DNA of 64,000 nucleotides from Candidatus Latescibacterota bacterium (lineage in GTDB: Bacteria > Latescibacterota > UBA2968 > UBA8231): assembly GCA_965248355.1 (NCBI GenBank), contig OZ252098.1:2272001-2336000 (forward strand), written 5' to 3'. The translations under genes were made by a program, and so were the position numbers. The notes under the pieces are model-generated. The model saw only the letters and a program-made list of their open reading frames with translations. It had not been told where the DNA came from and ran no database searches. Each line of letters begins with the position of its first letter. Position 1 is the first letter of the stretch. This document shows positions 38,093-48,195 of the stretch, in pieces.

Positions 38093-39418
38093 ATGCCGAT
38101 CGAGGTTCTCCCCAATACTACCAGTGCTCGAGACAGCCGGAACAAGCTGCGGCCGGAAGACAGGGCAGTCCACGACTGGTATCGGTTCGTCCTGTCGTTT
38201 CCGCCCCACCTGATTCAAGAGTATGTGGACCGCTTCGAGGTAGGTCCCTCCGATCCGGTTCTCGACCCGTTCTGCGGGACCGGCACCACATTGGTCGAAT
38301 GTAAGAAACTGGGAATTGGCAGCATTGGCATCGAGTCGACCCCAATGGCGCATTTTGCGAGCTCCGTAAAGGTCGATTGGTCGGTCGATTGCGCGGGGCT
38401 TGTGGACTATGCTCATAGGGTCGCCACATCTGCGAGGAAGACTCTGGAGCAACAGGGCATCGATGAATGGGAAGGCACGCTGTTTGCCGCGAAGGAGAGC
38501 CGGAGGTCTCCGCTGCAAGTACTTCCTCCCGAACGATCTAAGCTCTTGCTGAAGGATTCGATCAGCGCGCTGCCCCTACACAAGACCCTGGTACTCCTGG
38601 ACGCCATCGACCGACACGGCAATCTCCAAGTGCAGCAATACGGACGGCTCGCGCTTGCGAGGGCGCTGGTGCATCGTATCGGCAACTTGAAGTTCGGCCC
38701 GGAAGTGGGGGTTGGCCCGATCAAGAAGGACGCTCCGGTTTTAGATGCTTGGCTCGGCTGCATACGGACCATTGTCCATGACCTGCGTCTAATCAAAGAT
38801 CGGACAAACGTGCCTGCCCGAGTCATCAAGGGAGACTCCCGGGAAGTTGGCCAGCTCCTGAGTCCGCAATCCGTTGACGCCGTGATTACTTCTCCACCGT
38901 ACCCGAACGAGAAAGACTACACCCGGACGACACGTCTAGAGTCGGTCATCCTCGGACTCATACGCAGCAGACAGGAATTGCGGTCACTCAAACAGAGCCT
39001 GATCAGGTCCAACACCAGAGGGGTGTACAAATCCGACACGGACGATCGGGAGATTGCGAGCAACGTCGAGATACGGAATATCGCCGATGCCATTGAGAAA
39101 CGCCGTATCGAGCTAGGTAAGACATCCGGCTTCGAGCGCATGTACCCACGAGTGACCCGGCTGTACTTCGGCGGCATGGTACGGCATCTCTCCTCCCTGA
39201 GAACGGTCCTCAGACCGGGAGCCAAGCTCGCCTACGTGGTGGGTGACCAAGCATCTTATTTGAGAGTCATGATCCGCACTGGACAGTTGCTTGCCGACTT
39301 GGCCCGATCTCTGAATTACAGAGTCACCGGCATCGACCTTTTTCGAACGAGGCCGTCAACGGTTACCGGCGATCAACTTAGAGAAGAGGTCGTCTTGCTT
39401 GAATGGCCTGGCAATTGA
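38093..39418 (+). CDS. DNA amino-methyltransferase (probably N4-cytosine)
   Basis: Motif I LDPFCGTGTT precedes motif IV ITSPPY; lower GC; frame intact. Confidence 0.9.
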   Translation: MPIEVLPNTTSARDSRNKLRPEDRAVHDWYRFVLSFPPHLIQEYVDRFEVGPSDPVLDPFCGTGTTLVECKKLGIGSIGIESTPMAHFASSVKVDWSVDCAGLVDYAHRVATSARKTLEQQGIDEWEGTLFAAKESRRSPLQVLPPERSKLLLKDSISALPLHKTLVLLDAIDRHGNLQVQQYGRLALARALVHRIGNLKFGPEVGVGPIKKDAPVLDAWLGCIRTIVHDLRLIKDRTNVPARVIKGDSREVGQLLSPQSVDAVITSPPYPNEKDYTRTTRLESVILGLIRSRQELRSLKQSLIRSNTRGVYKSDTDDREIASNVEIRNIADAIEKRRIELGKTSGFERMYPRVTRLYFGGMVRHLSSLRTVLRPGAKLAYVVGDQASYLRVMIRTGQLLADLARSLNYRVTGIDLFRTRPSTVTGDQLREEVVLLEWPGN

Positions 39419-39434
39419 TTGAGAGGGGGCAACT

Positions 39435-40184
39435 ATTTCCCAGAACCGTTATGCAGCGATCATTGCGGCGATTTTCCGTGCCAAGTATGAGCACGGACAA
39501 CGCGAGGTGTACTTTGAACGAGAGGACATCGTCACCTTCGCGTCTAAGTTGAATGTCGACCTGCCCAAGAATCTGGGCGATCTGATCTACAGTTTTCGGT
39601 ACAGAACGGTCCTCCCGGCCAGCATTCTAGCAGAGGCTCCCCGCGGAGAAACTTGGATCATCCGCTCGGCGGGCCGTAGCAAATACCGCTTCGTTCTGGT
39701 TGGCGATGTACCACTTGTCCCCAACCCGGGCCTCGCAGTCACGAAGATCCCTGATTCGACTCCTGGCATGATCGCCAAGTACGCGTTCAGCGATGAGCAA
39801 GCCGTATTGGCTCGTGTTCGCTACAACCGCCTGATCGATGTGTTCCTCGGCATCGCCTGTTACTCGCTCCAGAATCACTTCCGGACGACCGTCCGCGGTA
39901 TGGGCCAAATAGAAACAGACGAGATCTAAGGTGGGAACGACAATCTCAACAGAGTACAAATCGAGCAGGATATCGCCCTTTGCGCCGACAAACTGCCGTC
40001 TCTGATCTGTCGGCCCGTCGCCACCCAGTTCATGCAGGACGACTTGGTCGCGCTTTTCGAGTTTGAACAGCAGGGCGACGACCTGAAGGTTGTATCAGAG
40101 AAGCACTATCAACTGGTGCCGCCGGACGCCGTGACCCATGAGGATTTGGTCAGATATGGGCAGCGATTGTCAGATGGGACGTGA
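39435..40184 (+). pseudogene. Inactivated putative type II restriction endonuclease
   Basis: In-frame ATT at the RBS-proximal position; KNLGDLIYSFRYR..YSLQNH..QIETDEI then TAA at 39927-39929; coding-like sequence resumes as GGND..VQIEQDIALC..EKHYQLVP to TGA 40184; directly downstream of the MTase. Confidence 0.7.
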
Positions 40185-40299
40185 ATTGCGTGCGCGCATA
40201 GAGAGGCCAGGTCTGATCACCTCTCCAGTATTGTTCGGGACACAGGAGGTAGTGGTTGTGCCATCCGAGGTAACTCCGCCAGTCACGGCCCCCCAACCC

Positions 40300-40373
40300 A
40301 TGGACTACGCCATCGTCGAAGCCGGCCCCGGGGACGCCGGGACCCTCGCCGACGTCTCGATCCGCAGCTACCC
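40300..40373 (+). pseudogene. Short 5' gene stub, possibly GNAT acetyltransferase
   Basis: MDYAIVEAGPGDAGTLADVSIRSYP in backbone codon usage, cut off at the next start codon. Confidence 0.3.
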
Positions 40374-41552
40374 GTGGCCGCCACCGACTTCTCCATCGCC
40401 GGGCTGAACGCCTTTCACGTGGCCTTCAGCGACGAGCCGTCGTACTGGGAGGACTACAGGGGCAGCGCCGGAGCCGCAGCCGGCGCCCGCTTCGAGTTCC
40501 GCGACGGCTGGCGCACCGTGTACCCGCGCTGGGTGGAGAGCGTGATCGTGCGCGTCCAGCTCGCCGACGGGTCCTCCGGCTGGGGCGAGGCCAACTGCCC
40601 CATCGGCCCCGAGGTGGCGGCCCTGGTGGCCGAGAGCCTGGTCCTGCCCATGGTCCGCGGCCGGGAGTTCGGCCACCCGCTGGAGCTCTGGGACTTCCTC
40701 TACGACGCCCAGCGGGGCCGCGGCTACGCCGCCGGGTACTGGCTCGATGCCATGGCCGCCGTGGACATCGCCCTGTACGACGCCATCGGCCGCCGGGAGG
40801 GCGCGCCCGTGGCCGCCCTGCTGTGCGAGGCGCCTCGCGCGCAGATCCCCGTCTACCTGTCCGGCCTGCGCCAGGCCACCCCCGGGGACCGCCTGGAGCA
40901 CCTGCGCTCCTGGCTCGACACCGGCCTGCGGGGGGTCAAGCTGTTCCTCGACGGGGATCTCGACGCCGGGACCGCCGAGGTGGAGTTCCTCCAGGCCGGG
41001 GCCGAGGTGGAGCAGTGGATGGTGGACACCCTGTGGATGGTGCCCCCGGCGAGCGCCGCCGAGGCCCGCAGGCGCTACGGCGACCTGGGCTGCCGCTGGC
41101 TGGAGTGCCCCCTGGAGCCGGAGGATCTGGCCGGCCACCGCGATCTCCTCCGGCACCCGGGCGCGCCCATCGCCCTCGGCGAGCACTTCCGCACCCACTG
41201 GCAGACCCGCCCCTGGCTCGAGCCGCCCGCCCTGGAGGTCTTCCAGCCCGACGTGGGCCGCACCGGCCTCAGCGACGGCCTGCGCCAGCGGGACCAGGCC
41301 GCCGCCGCCGGTGTCCCCACCACCCCTCACATGGGCAACGGCCTCGGTCCCTTCCAGGCCGCCACCCTGCACTTCGCCGCCGCCTGCACCGGCGCCTGCC
41401 TGCAGGAGTTCCAGGCGGGCCTGGCGGAGCGCGCCGCCCTCGTGGGCCACACGGCCTGGGAGTACGCCGCCGGAGGCTTCCGGCTCCCGGACGCCCCCGG
41501 CCTCGGCGTCGAGATGGACGAGGCGGCCCTGGACCGCCACGCCGGCGGCTGA
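40374..41552 (+). CDS. Mandelate racemase/muconate lactonizing enzyme family protein
   Basis: GWGE, AVDIALYD, GVKLF, MVD, WLECPL, GEH, QPDVG, PGLGVE. Confidence 0.88.
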   Translation: MAATDFSIAGLNAFHVAFSDEPSYWEDYRGSAGAAAGARFEFRDGWRTVYPRWVESVIVRVQLADGSSGWGEANCPIGPEVAALVAESLVLPMVRGREFGHPLELWDFLYDAQRGRGYAAGYWLDAMAAVDIALYDAIGRREGAPVAALLCEAPRAQIPVYLSGLRQATPGDRLEHLRSWLDTGLRGVKLFLDGDLDAGTAEVEFLQAGAEVEQWMVDTLWMVPPASAAEARRRYGDLGCRWLECPLEPEDLAGHRDLLRHPGAPIALGEHFRTHWQTRPWLEPPALEVFQPDVGRTGLSDGLRQRDQAAAAGVPTTPHMGNGLGPFQAATLHFAAACTGACLQEFQAGLAERAALVGHTAWEYAAGGFRLPDAPGLGVEMDEAALDRHAGG

Positions 41553-41648
41553 CCCGGGGCGCCCGGAGAGCACCGCGGGAGTCCTGCGGGACCACCGCCG
41601 CCGTCCGGGACTTGGGGAGGCGCCGCGTCCGCCGCTATCTTGGCGGAC

Positions 41649-42608
41649 ATGCCAACCCTCGACCGCGCCCTTCTGCTCGAGCTCTACCGGACCCTCTGCA
41701 CGATCCGCCGCTTCGAGGAGTCCTGCATCCAGCTCTACCGCCAGGGCCGCATCCGCGGCTACCTGCACCCCTACCTCGGCGAGGAGGCGATCGCCACCGG
41801 CGTCTGCGCCGTCCTCGGCCCCGACGACTACATCGTCTCCACCCACCGCGGCCACGGGCACTGCCTGGCCCGCGGCGGCCGCCTCGACCGCATGTTCGCC
41901 GAGATCGCCGGCAAGGCCACGGGCTACTGCGGCGGCCTCGGCGGCTCCATGCACATCGCCGACGTGGCGACCGGGAATCTGGGAGCCAACGGCATCGTCG
42001 GCGCCGGCATCCCCATCGGCGTCGGCGCCGCCCTCGGGGCCACCATCCGCGGCGAGAAACGGCTGTGCGTCGTGTTCTCCTCCGACGGCGCCGCCGGCCA
42101 CGGCACCTTCGGCGAGGCCCTGAACCTGGCCGCCCTCTGGGACCTGCCGCTGCTGGTGGTCATCGAGAACAACCAGTTCGCCGTGTCCACCTCCGTCGAC
42201 AAGGCCAGCCGCGTCAGCGAGCTGCACAAGCGCGGCCTCGGCTACGGCGTCGAGGGCACCAGCGTCGACGGCAACGACGTGGCCGCCGTGTACGAGCGAG
42301 CCACCGAGGCCCGGGAGCGCTGCCTGGCCGGCGGCGGCCCGGTCCTGCTCGAGGCCCTGACCTACCGCCACGCGGGGCACCACGTGAACGATCCCGGCGA
42401 CTACATGCCCCGGGACCAGCTCGAGCACTACAAGTCGAGGGACCCCCTGATCCTGTGCCGGCGGCACCTGGCCGCGGCCGGGGCGCCGGAAGACGAGGCC
42501 GACGCCATCGAGGCCGAGGTCGAGGCCGCGATCGAGGCGGCCGTCGAGTTCGCCCGCAACAGCCCCGAGCCGGACGTGGACGCCTTCGTCCACCAGCTGC
42601 CGCCGTGA
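41649..42608 (+). CDS. TPP-dependent dehydrogenase E1 alpha subunit (acetoin/pyruvate type)
   Basis: STHRGHGH, GGSMH, GANGIVG, SDGA..ENN, TYRHAGH. Confidence 0.92.
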   Translation: MPTLDRALLLELYRTLCTIRRFEESCIQLYRQGRIRGYLHPYLGEEAIATGVCAVLGPDDYIVSTHRGHGHCLARGGRLDRMFAEIAGKATGYCGGLGGSMHIADVATGNLGANGIVGAGIPIGVGAALGATIRGEKRLCVVFSSDGAAGHGTFGEALNLAALWDLPLLVVIENNQFAVSTSVDKASRVSELHKRGLGYGVEGTSVDGNDVAAVYERATEARERCLAGGGPVLLEALTYRHAGHHVNDPGDYMPRDQLEHYKSRDPLILCRRHLAAAGAPEDEADAIEAEVEAAIEAAVEFARNSPEPDVDAFVHQLPP

Positions 42609-43591
42609 CCGAAGGGCGCACCCTGCTCTACCGGGACGCCGTGAACGAGGCCCTGCGGCAGGAGATGGCCCGCGACCCCTCCGTGTTCTGCATCGGCGTG
42701 GGCATCGCCGAGCGCGGCGGCTCCTACCAGATCACCCGGGGCCTGCTCGACGAGTTCGGATCGAAGCGCGTCATCGACACCCCCATCGCCGAGCCGAGCA
42801 TCGTCGGCGCCGGCGTGGGCGCCGCGATCACGGGCATGCGCCCCGTGGTGGAGGTCCTCTTCGTCGACTTCACGCTGCTGACCATGGACCAGGTCGTGAA
42901 CCAGGCGGCCAAGTACCGGCTCATGTCCGGCGGCAAGGGCACGGTACCCCTGGTCCTGCGCACCCAGGGCGGGGTCGGGGACTCCGTCGCCGCCCAGCAC
43001 TCGCAGAGCCTGGAGGCCCTGTTCTACCACATCCCCGGCCTCAAGGTGGCCATGCCGTCGACGCCGTACGACGCCAAGGGCCTGCTCACCAGCGCCATCC
43101 GCGACGACGACCCGGTGATCTTCATCGAGCACAAGCTCCTATACATGACCGAGGGGCCGGTGCCGCAGGAGGAGTACGCCATCGATCTGGGCGTCGCCGA
43201 CGTGAAGCGGGCCGGCCGGGACTGCACCCTCATCGCCTGGTCGAACATGGTTTCCCGGTCGCTGGAAGCGGCCGAAAAGCTGGCGGCCGAGGGCATCGAG
43301 GTGGAGGTCATCGATCCGCGCAGCCTGGTCCCCCTCGACCGCGGCGCGATCCTGGAGTCGGTGCGCCGCACCGAGCACGTGGTCATCGTCCAGGAGGCCG
43401 TTCGCCGCGGCGGCGTCGCCTCGGACATCGCCTCCATCATCCAGGCCGAGGCCTTCGACTACCTCGACGCCCCGGTGGAGATCGTGGCCGGGCGCAACAC
43501 GCCGATCCCCTTCAGCCGCAACCTCGAGCAGGCCTGCATCCCGCAGGTGGACGACATCGTCGCCGCCGTGCGCCGCGCCGTGTACGCATGA
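42605..43591 (+). CDS. 2-oxoacid dehydrogenase E1 beta subunit
   Basis: RVIDTPIAE, GMRPVVE, AAQHSQ, DAKGLL, FIEHK, IDPRSLVPLD. Confidence 0.93.
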   Translation: MTEGRTLLYRDAVNEALRQEMARDPSVFCIGVGIAERGGSYQITRGLLDEFGSKRVIDTPIAEPSIVGAGVGAAITGMRPVVEVLFVDFTLLTMDQVVNQAAKYRLMSGGKGTVPLVLRTQGGVGDSVAAQHSQSLEALFYHIPGLKVAMPSTPYDAKGLLTSAIRDDDPVIFIEHKLLYMTEGPVPQEEYAIDLGVADVKRAGRDCTLIAWSNMVSRSLEAAEKLAAEGIEVEVIDPRSLVPLDRGAILESVRRTEHVVIVQEAVRRGGVASDIASIIQAEAFDYLDAPVEIVAGRNTPIPFSRNLEQACIPQVDDIVAAVRRAVYA

Positions 43592-45054
43592 CCCCCGTGC
43601 TCATGCCCCAGGTGGGCGAGAACCTGACCACCGGCGTGCTGCTGGAGTGGTGCAAGGCCGAGGGCGAGCCCCTGTCGCGGGGGGACGTGATCGCCGTGGT
43701 CGAGTCGGAGAAGGCCGCCTTCGAGGTCGTGGCCGAGGAGGACGGCGTGCTGCTGCGCCAGGACGTCGCCGCCGGCGAGCCGGCCCGCGTCCTGGAGCCG
43801 ATCGCCTGGATCGGCCAGCCGGGGGAGAATCCGAACGAGGCCCCGCCCGCACCCGGGCCGCCGCCCGCGGAGGAAGGAGTGGCGCCGGCTGCCGCCGCGC
43901 AGCCTTCGCCCAACTTGCCGCCGGGCCCGCCGCCTCGGGAGTCACGCGCCGAGCCGGCAGCCGCCCCGCACACCTCGTCTTCCGCGGCGATACCCCCGGC
44001 CACGGGGGGAACGGCGGCGGCCTCGCGGGCAGCAGCCCCTCGCCCCTCGCCCTCTGCGCCGGCCCCACCGCCAGCCGCCGCCACTACCCGTCTCTCGCCA
44101 TCGGGGGCGGCCTCGCCGGCGACAGCTCGCCCGGCGGTGACCGGCCGTAGCCGAGCCTCCAAGACCGAGGCGGCCCCGCCTCCGGCCGCCGGCGCACCCG
44201 CCTCCCCGTCGGCCCGCCGGCTGGCTCGCCAGCTCCTGGTCGACCTGGCCTCGGTGCGAGGCTCGGGGCCGGGGGGCCGCGTCGTGCGCCGCGACGTGCT
44301 CACGGCGGCGCTGAACGACAGCGGCGGCGCCGTGGCGCCGGCACCGGTCCCGGCCGCCGTCGAGCAGGGCGACCGCCTCGTGCCTCACTCGCGGCTGCGC
44401 CGGGCCGTGGCCGAGCGCATGAGCGCCAGCGCCCGCCACGTCCCCCACTTCCATCTGTTCGCCGACGTCGACGTCACCGAGGCCCAGGCCCTGCGCCGGG
44501 AGATGACCGGCGAGCCGGCGGTCTCCCTCACCGATCTCCTCATCGCCGCGGCGGCACGGGCCCTGCGCCGTCACGAGCGGCTCAACGCCCACGTGGGCGA
44601 CAGCGGTATCGTCCTCAAGGCGGGGTGCCACGTGGGACTGGCCGTGGCCGTCGAGGAGGGCGTCCTCGTGCCGGCCCTGGCCGACGCCGATCGCAAGGGC
44701 CTGGAGGAGCTCGCCGAGGCCCGGGCGGCCCTCGTGGAAGGCGCCCGCCGGGGCCTGGTGCCGCCCGCCCCCGCGCCGACCTTCACGGTGACCAACCTCG
44801 GCGCCTACGGGATCACCCGGTTCCTGCCCCTGATCAACCCCCCCGAGTGCGGGATCCTCGCCGCCGGACGCAGCGAGGAGCGGGTCGTGGCCCGGGCGGG
44901 AGCCCCGGCCGTGCGCGAGATCATCACCCTGGTCCTGGCCTGCGACCACCGGGCCGTGGACGGCGCCTACGCGGCCGGCTTCCTGGAGGATGTCCAGCAG
45001 GGCCTGGAGCGGCCCCGGGATCTGCCCGGAGCCCCGGGGCCGGGCGCCGGGTGA
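43588..45054 (+). CDS. Dihydrolipoamide acyltransferase E2
   Basis: Lipoyl domain VESEKA, long Pro/Ala linker, ASPSARRLA binding domain, TNLG, DHRAVDG. Confidence 0.92.
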   Translation: MTPVLMPQVGENLTTGVLLEWCKAEGEPLSRGDVIAVVESEKAAFEVVAEEDGVLLRQDVAAGEPARVLEPIAWIGQPGENPNEAPPAPGPPPAEEGVAPAAAAQPSPNLPPGPPPRESRAEPAAAPHTSSSAAIPPATGGTAAASRAAAPRPSPSAPAPPPAAATTRLSPSGAASPATARPAVTGRSRASKTEAAPPPAAGAPASPSARRLARQLLVDLASVRGSGPGGRVVRRDVLTAALNDSGGAVAPAPVPAAVEQGDRLVPHSRLRRAVAERMSASARHVPHFHLFADVDVTEAQALRREMTGEPAVSLTDLLIAAAARALRRHERLNAHVGDSGIVLKAGCHVGLAVAVEEGVLVPALADADRKGLEELAEARAALVEGARRGLVPPAPAPTFTVTNLGAYGITRFLPLINPPECGILAAGRSEERVVARAGAPAVREIITLVLACDHRAVDGAYAAGFLEDVQQGLERPRDLPGAPGPGAG

Positions 45055-46022
45055 ACCCCGTGGCCTCGGCCGGCGCCCCCGTCCTGTCCCTGGGCGAAGC
45101 CCTGGTGGAGTTCATGCCGGAGCCGGCGGGGCAGAGCATGCGCCGCGCCGTGAACTGGAGGAAGTACGCCGGCGGTGGACCCGCGACCTATGCCGCCGCC
45201 ATCGTCCGCTGCGGCCGTCCCGCCGCCCTGGTCACCCGCCTCGGGGACGATCCCTTCAGCGACTTCCTGGTCGACGCCCTGGCGGAGGAGGGGGTCGACG
45301 TGTCGCGGATCCGCCACGTCCCCGGCCGCCAGGCCGGGATCTGCTTCCACGAGTGCATCGGAGGGCGGACGAACCTGCTCTTTCACCGCCGCGACTCGGC
45401 GGCCACCACCCTCGGCCCGGAGGACATCGACCCCGCGGCGATCGCCGGAGCCGCCGCCCTGCACGTGCCCGGCACCACTCTGCAGATCAGCGCCGGCGCC
45501 CTCGAGGCGTCCCTGGCGGCCATGGCCGCGGCCCGGGCCGCCGGGGTCCCCGTCTCCTTCGACCCGAACCTGCGCGCCATCCCCGGCGCCTCGGACACGG
45601 CAGCGGCCTTCGAGGAGGCCGTGGCCGCTGCCGACGTCGTCACCCCCACCCTGGAGGAGGCGGCGGCGATCACCGGCCTCGAGGATCCGGTGGAGGCCGG
45701 CCGCGAGCTGCTCGCGCGGGGTCCGCGGCTGGTGGTGGTGACCCTCGCCGCCGAGGGCTGCGTGGTCCTGGCCGAGGGCGAAGAGCCCGTGAGCTGCCCC
45801 GGTTACCCCGTGCCGGTTGTCGAGCCCACCGGCGCCGGCGACTGTCACGCGGCGGCGACCACGGTGGGATTCCTCGAGGGCTGGGGTCCGGAGCGCCTCG
45901 GCGCTTTCGCCAACGCCGCCGGGGCCATCGCCGTGACCGCCATGGGCCACTTCGGACCGGCCCTGCCGACGCCGGCCCGCATCGCCGAGCTGATGGGCAC
46001 GAGTTCGGAGGAAGTGCCATGA
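45051..46022 (+). CDS. PfkB-family sugar kinase (KdgK-like)
   Basis: LGEALVEF, AGG, SFDPNLR, EPTGAGD, ANAAGA. Confidence 0.9.
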   Translation: MNPVASAGAPVLSLGEALVEFMPEPAGQSMRRAVNWRKYAGGGPATYAAAIVRCGRPAALVTRLGDDPFSDFLVDALAEEGVDVSRIRHVPGRQAGICFHECIGGRTNLLFHRRDSAATTLGPEDIDPAAIAGAAALHVPGTTLQISAGALEASLAAMAAARAAGVPVSFDPNLRAIPGASDTAAAFEEAVAAADVVTPTLEEAAAITGLEDPVEAGRELLARGPRLVVVTLAAEGCVVLAEGEEPVSCPGYPVPVVEPTGAGDCHAAATTVGFLEGWGPERLGAFANAAGAIAVTAMGHFGPALPTPARIAELMGTSSEEVP

Positions 46023-46915
46023 CGGAGCTGCGCATCGCCCTGGCCCAGACGCGCCAGACCGCGGACCGGCAGGACAACCGACGGGCCATCCTGGAGGCCT
46101 TCGACCAGGCGGAGGCCCGGGACGTCCGCATCCTGTGCTTCCCGGAAGCCCAGACCCTCGGCTACCGCGTGGACATCGCCGAGCCGTCCGGCCCGGTACC
46201 CGTGGCCTGGCTCGAGGAGTTGCACGCCGAGGTGGCCGGTCGCTGCGCCCGGCTCGGCATGGCCTGCATCCTCGGCACCGAGGTGAGGTCGGAGAGCGGC
46301 AAGCCCTACAACTCGGCCCTGGTCATCGGCGACGACGGCCGCATTCGGGGGGCCCACCACAAGACCATGCTCACGCCGCTGGACGCGGTCGCCTACGAGC
46401 CCGGGACCGGCCCGCACACCTTCTCCCTCTTCGGCGTGACCGTGGGCGTGGTCATCTGCTTCGAGGGGCTGCGCTTCGCCGGCACCACGGCCGAGTGCGT
46501 GCGCCGCGGCGCCCAGGTGGTCTTCCACCCGCAGAACAACACCACCCGCCCCAACGACTGGAAGATCCCCCTGCACCACGCCATGATCGTCACCCGCGCC
46601 GCCGAGAACACGGTCTGGTTCGCCGCGTGCAACGCCTGCCTGCCCCACCAGAACAGCCGCAGCCTCATCGTCGCTCCCGACGGCCGCATCCACGCCCGGA
46701 CGGAGCTGAAGCGCGAGGAGCTGCTGGTGGCCGACATCGACCTGGACCAGGCGACGCGGGCCATGTTCCGGTTGGGCGAGCAGGGGATGGCGGCGGGCGC
46801 CCTCGAGGACAGCGCGGAACTGTTGTTCGCCGACACCGTGAAGCGGGAGGAGTACGCCGGCGTCTTGAGCCGCGAGGGCCGGCGGGGAGAAGAGGGCGGC
46901 TCGAGCCCGGGGTGA
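46019..46915 (+). CDS. Carbon-nitrogen hydrolase (nitrilase superfamily)
   Basis: FPE, YNSA, HHK, VICFE (Glu-Lys-Cys triad), RAAEN. Confidence 0.9.
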   Translation: MTELRIALAQTRQTADRQDNRRAILEAFDQAEARDVRILCFPEAQTLGYRVDIAEPSGPVPVAWLEELHAEVAGRCARLGMACILGTEVRSESGKPYNSALVIGDDGRIRGAHHKTMLTPLDAVAYEPGTGPHTFSLFGVTVGVVICFEGLRFAGTTAECVRRGAQVVFHPQNNTTRPNDWKIPLHHAMIVTRAAENTVWFAACNACLPHQNSRSLIVAPDGRIHARTELKREELLVADIDLDQATRAMFRLGEQGMAAGALEDSAELLFADTVKREEYAGVLSREGRRGEEGGSSPG

Positions 46916-46931
46916 GCTGGGGGATTTCAGC

Positions 46932-48071
46932 TCACGGCAGGCGCCAGCGCACCAGCTCCAGGCGCGTGCGCTCCGGCGCCGACCGGTACGAGTAGCAGGT
47001 GAGCAGCTCGCCGTCCTCCAGCTGCACCGTATTGCCGAACCCGCCTCCCTGCTCAAGCCCCCAGGGCGTGCGCCCCTCGATGGTGATCCGGTCCGCCGAG
47101 AAGTCCCAGCTGTCGCCGTCGTCGTGGCTGACCAGGGCCCGCAGGCCCAGGGGGTGGAAGGTGGACCGCTGCGTGCAGGTGAGCAGCAGGCGCCCGTCGG
47201 CCAGCCGCAGGGCCCGCATGTAGTGCATGCCGTAGTCCCCGAAGTCGCACAGGCTCGACCAGGTGCGGCCGCCGTCGGGGGAGCGGCACACCAGGGTCCG
47301 GTCGATGCCGTCGTTGCCCGCCGGGACCGTGCGTCCGTCCTCCATCGGGTACATCGGGCTCGGGGGCCCGCAGCGGATCCAGTGGATGAGGTCGCCCCCG
47401 CGGGTCAGGTAGGTGAAGTCCTCGCCGAAGAAGCCGTCGAAGTTGTCATAGGGCCGCTGGCCGTAGTCGGGGATCGCTACACGTTGGGTTTGGTCCCAAG
47501 TGACGCCTCCGTCCGTGGAGCGCCACATCCAGGCCACGGACGAGTCGCCCAGGCTCACGCCGTAGAGCAGAGTGCCGTCGGGCAGCTCCACGACGTTGCG
47601 GCAGGTATGCGTCCACTTCTCCTCCGGCTCGCCGCAACGGGCCTCGCCCGTCAGCAGGAGCTTCGTCCTCTCCCAGGTGCGGCCGCCGTCGGTCGAGCGG
47701 TGCAGGTGGCTGTGGATGACGCCGTCCTCGTTGCGGGCGTCCCTGGCCAGCAGGTGGCTGCTGATGAACAGCACCCCCTCGCTCGTGCAGGTGAGCCACT
47801 GCTCGCGGCCGATCACGTCATCGGCCACCTCGGGCTCCGTCCAGCTGCGGCCGCCGTCGAGGGAGCGCCGCAGGGGCATGACCTCGGTCCAGGTGCCGGC
47901 CGCCGGGTCCCCCGTGCTGTCCAGGGAGACGAGGACCAGCTCGCCCCCGGGCAACAGCGCCAGGCTCGGCTTGTATCCCTCCCCGAGATCGAGGCGCTGC
48001 GCCTCGATCGTCCAGGTTCCGAGACGGCGCGGGTGCTCCACCCGGATGGGCAGGTCGGTGGTTGGGTTCAT
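46932..48071 (-). CDS. Sialidase-like/BNR Asp-box protein
   Basis: RSLDGGRSW, RSTDGGRTW, RSTDGGVTW, RSPDGGRTW, SHDDGDSW. Confidence 0.8.
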   Translation of the reverse strand: MNPTTDLPIRVEHPRRLGTWTIEAQRLDLGEGYKPSLALLPGGELVLVSLDSTGDPAAGTWTEVMPLRRSLDGGRSWTEPEVADDVIGREQWLTCTSEGVLFISSHLLARDARNEDGVIHSHLHRSTDGGRTWERTKLLLTGEARCGEPEEKWTHTCRNVVELPDGTLLYGVSLGDSSVAWMWRSTDGGVTWDQTQRVAIPDYGQRPYDNFDGFFGEDFTYLTRGGDLIHWIRCGPPSPMYPMEDGRTVPAGNDGIDRTLVCRSPDGGRTWSSLCDFGDYGMHYMRALRLADGRLLLTCTQRSTFHPLGLRALVSHDDGDSWDFSADRITIEGRTPWGLEQGGGFGNTVQLEDGELLTCYSYRSAPERTRLELVRWRLP

Positions 48072-48156
48072 GTCGGTGCTCCTTGATTCCCGCGCGTTTG
48101 TTGCGGCCATGTCGTTCTTGGTCTGAGGTTAGGGAACCGGGACGTTCCGGTCACCC

Positions 48157-48195
48157 CTGACGCCGGCGCGGTTGCTGGCGGAGGTCACAGGATGA
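48157..48195 (+). pseudogene. Probable C-terminal stub of a deleted PIN toxin gene
   Basis: LTPARLLAEVTG* whose TGA overlaps the antitoxin ATG (ATGA); resembles PIN-toxin C-termini. Confidence 0.45.
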
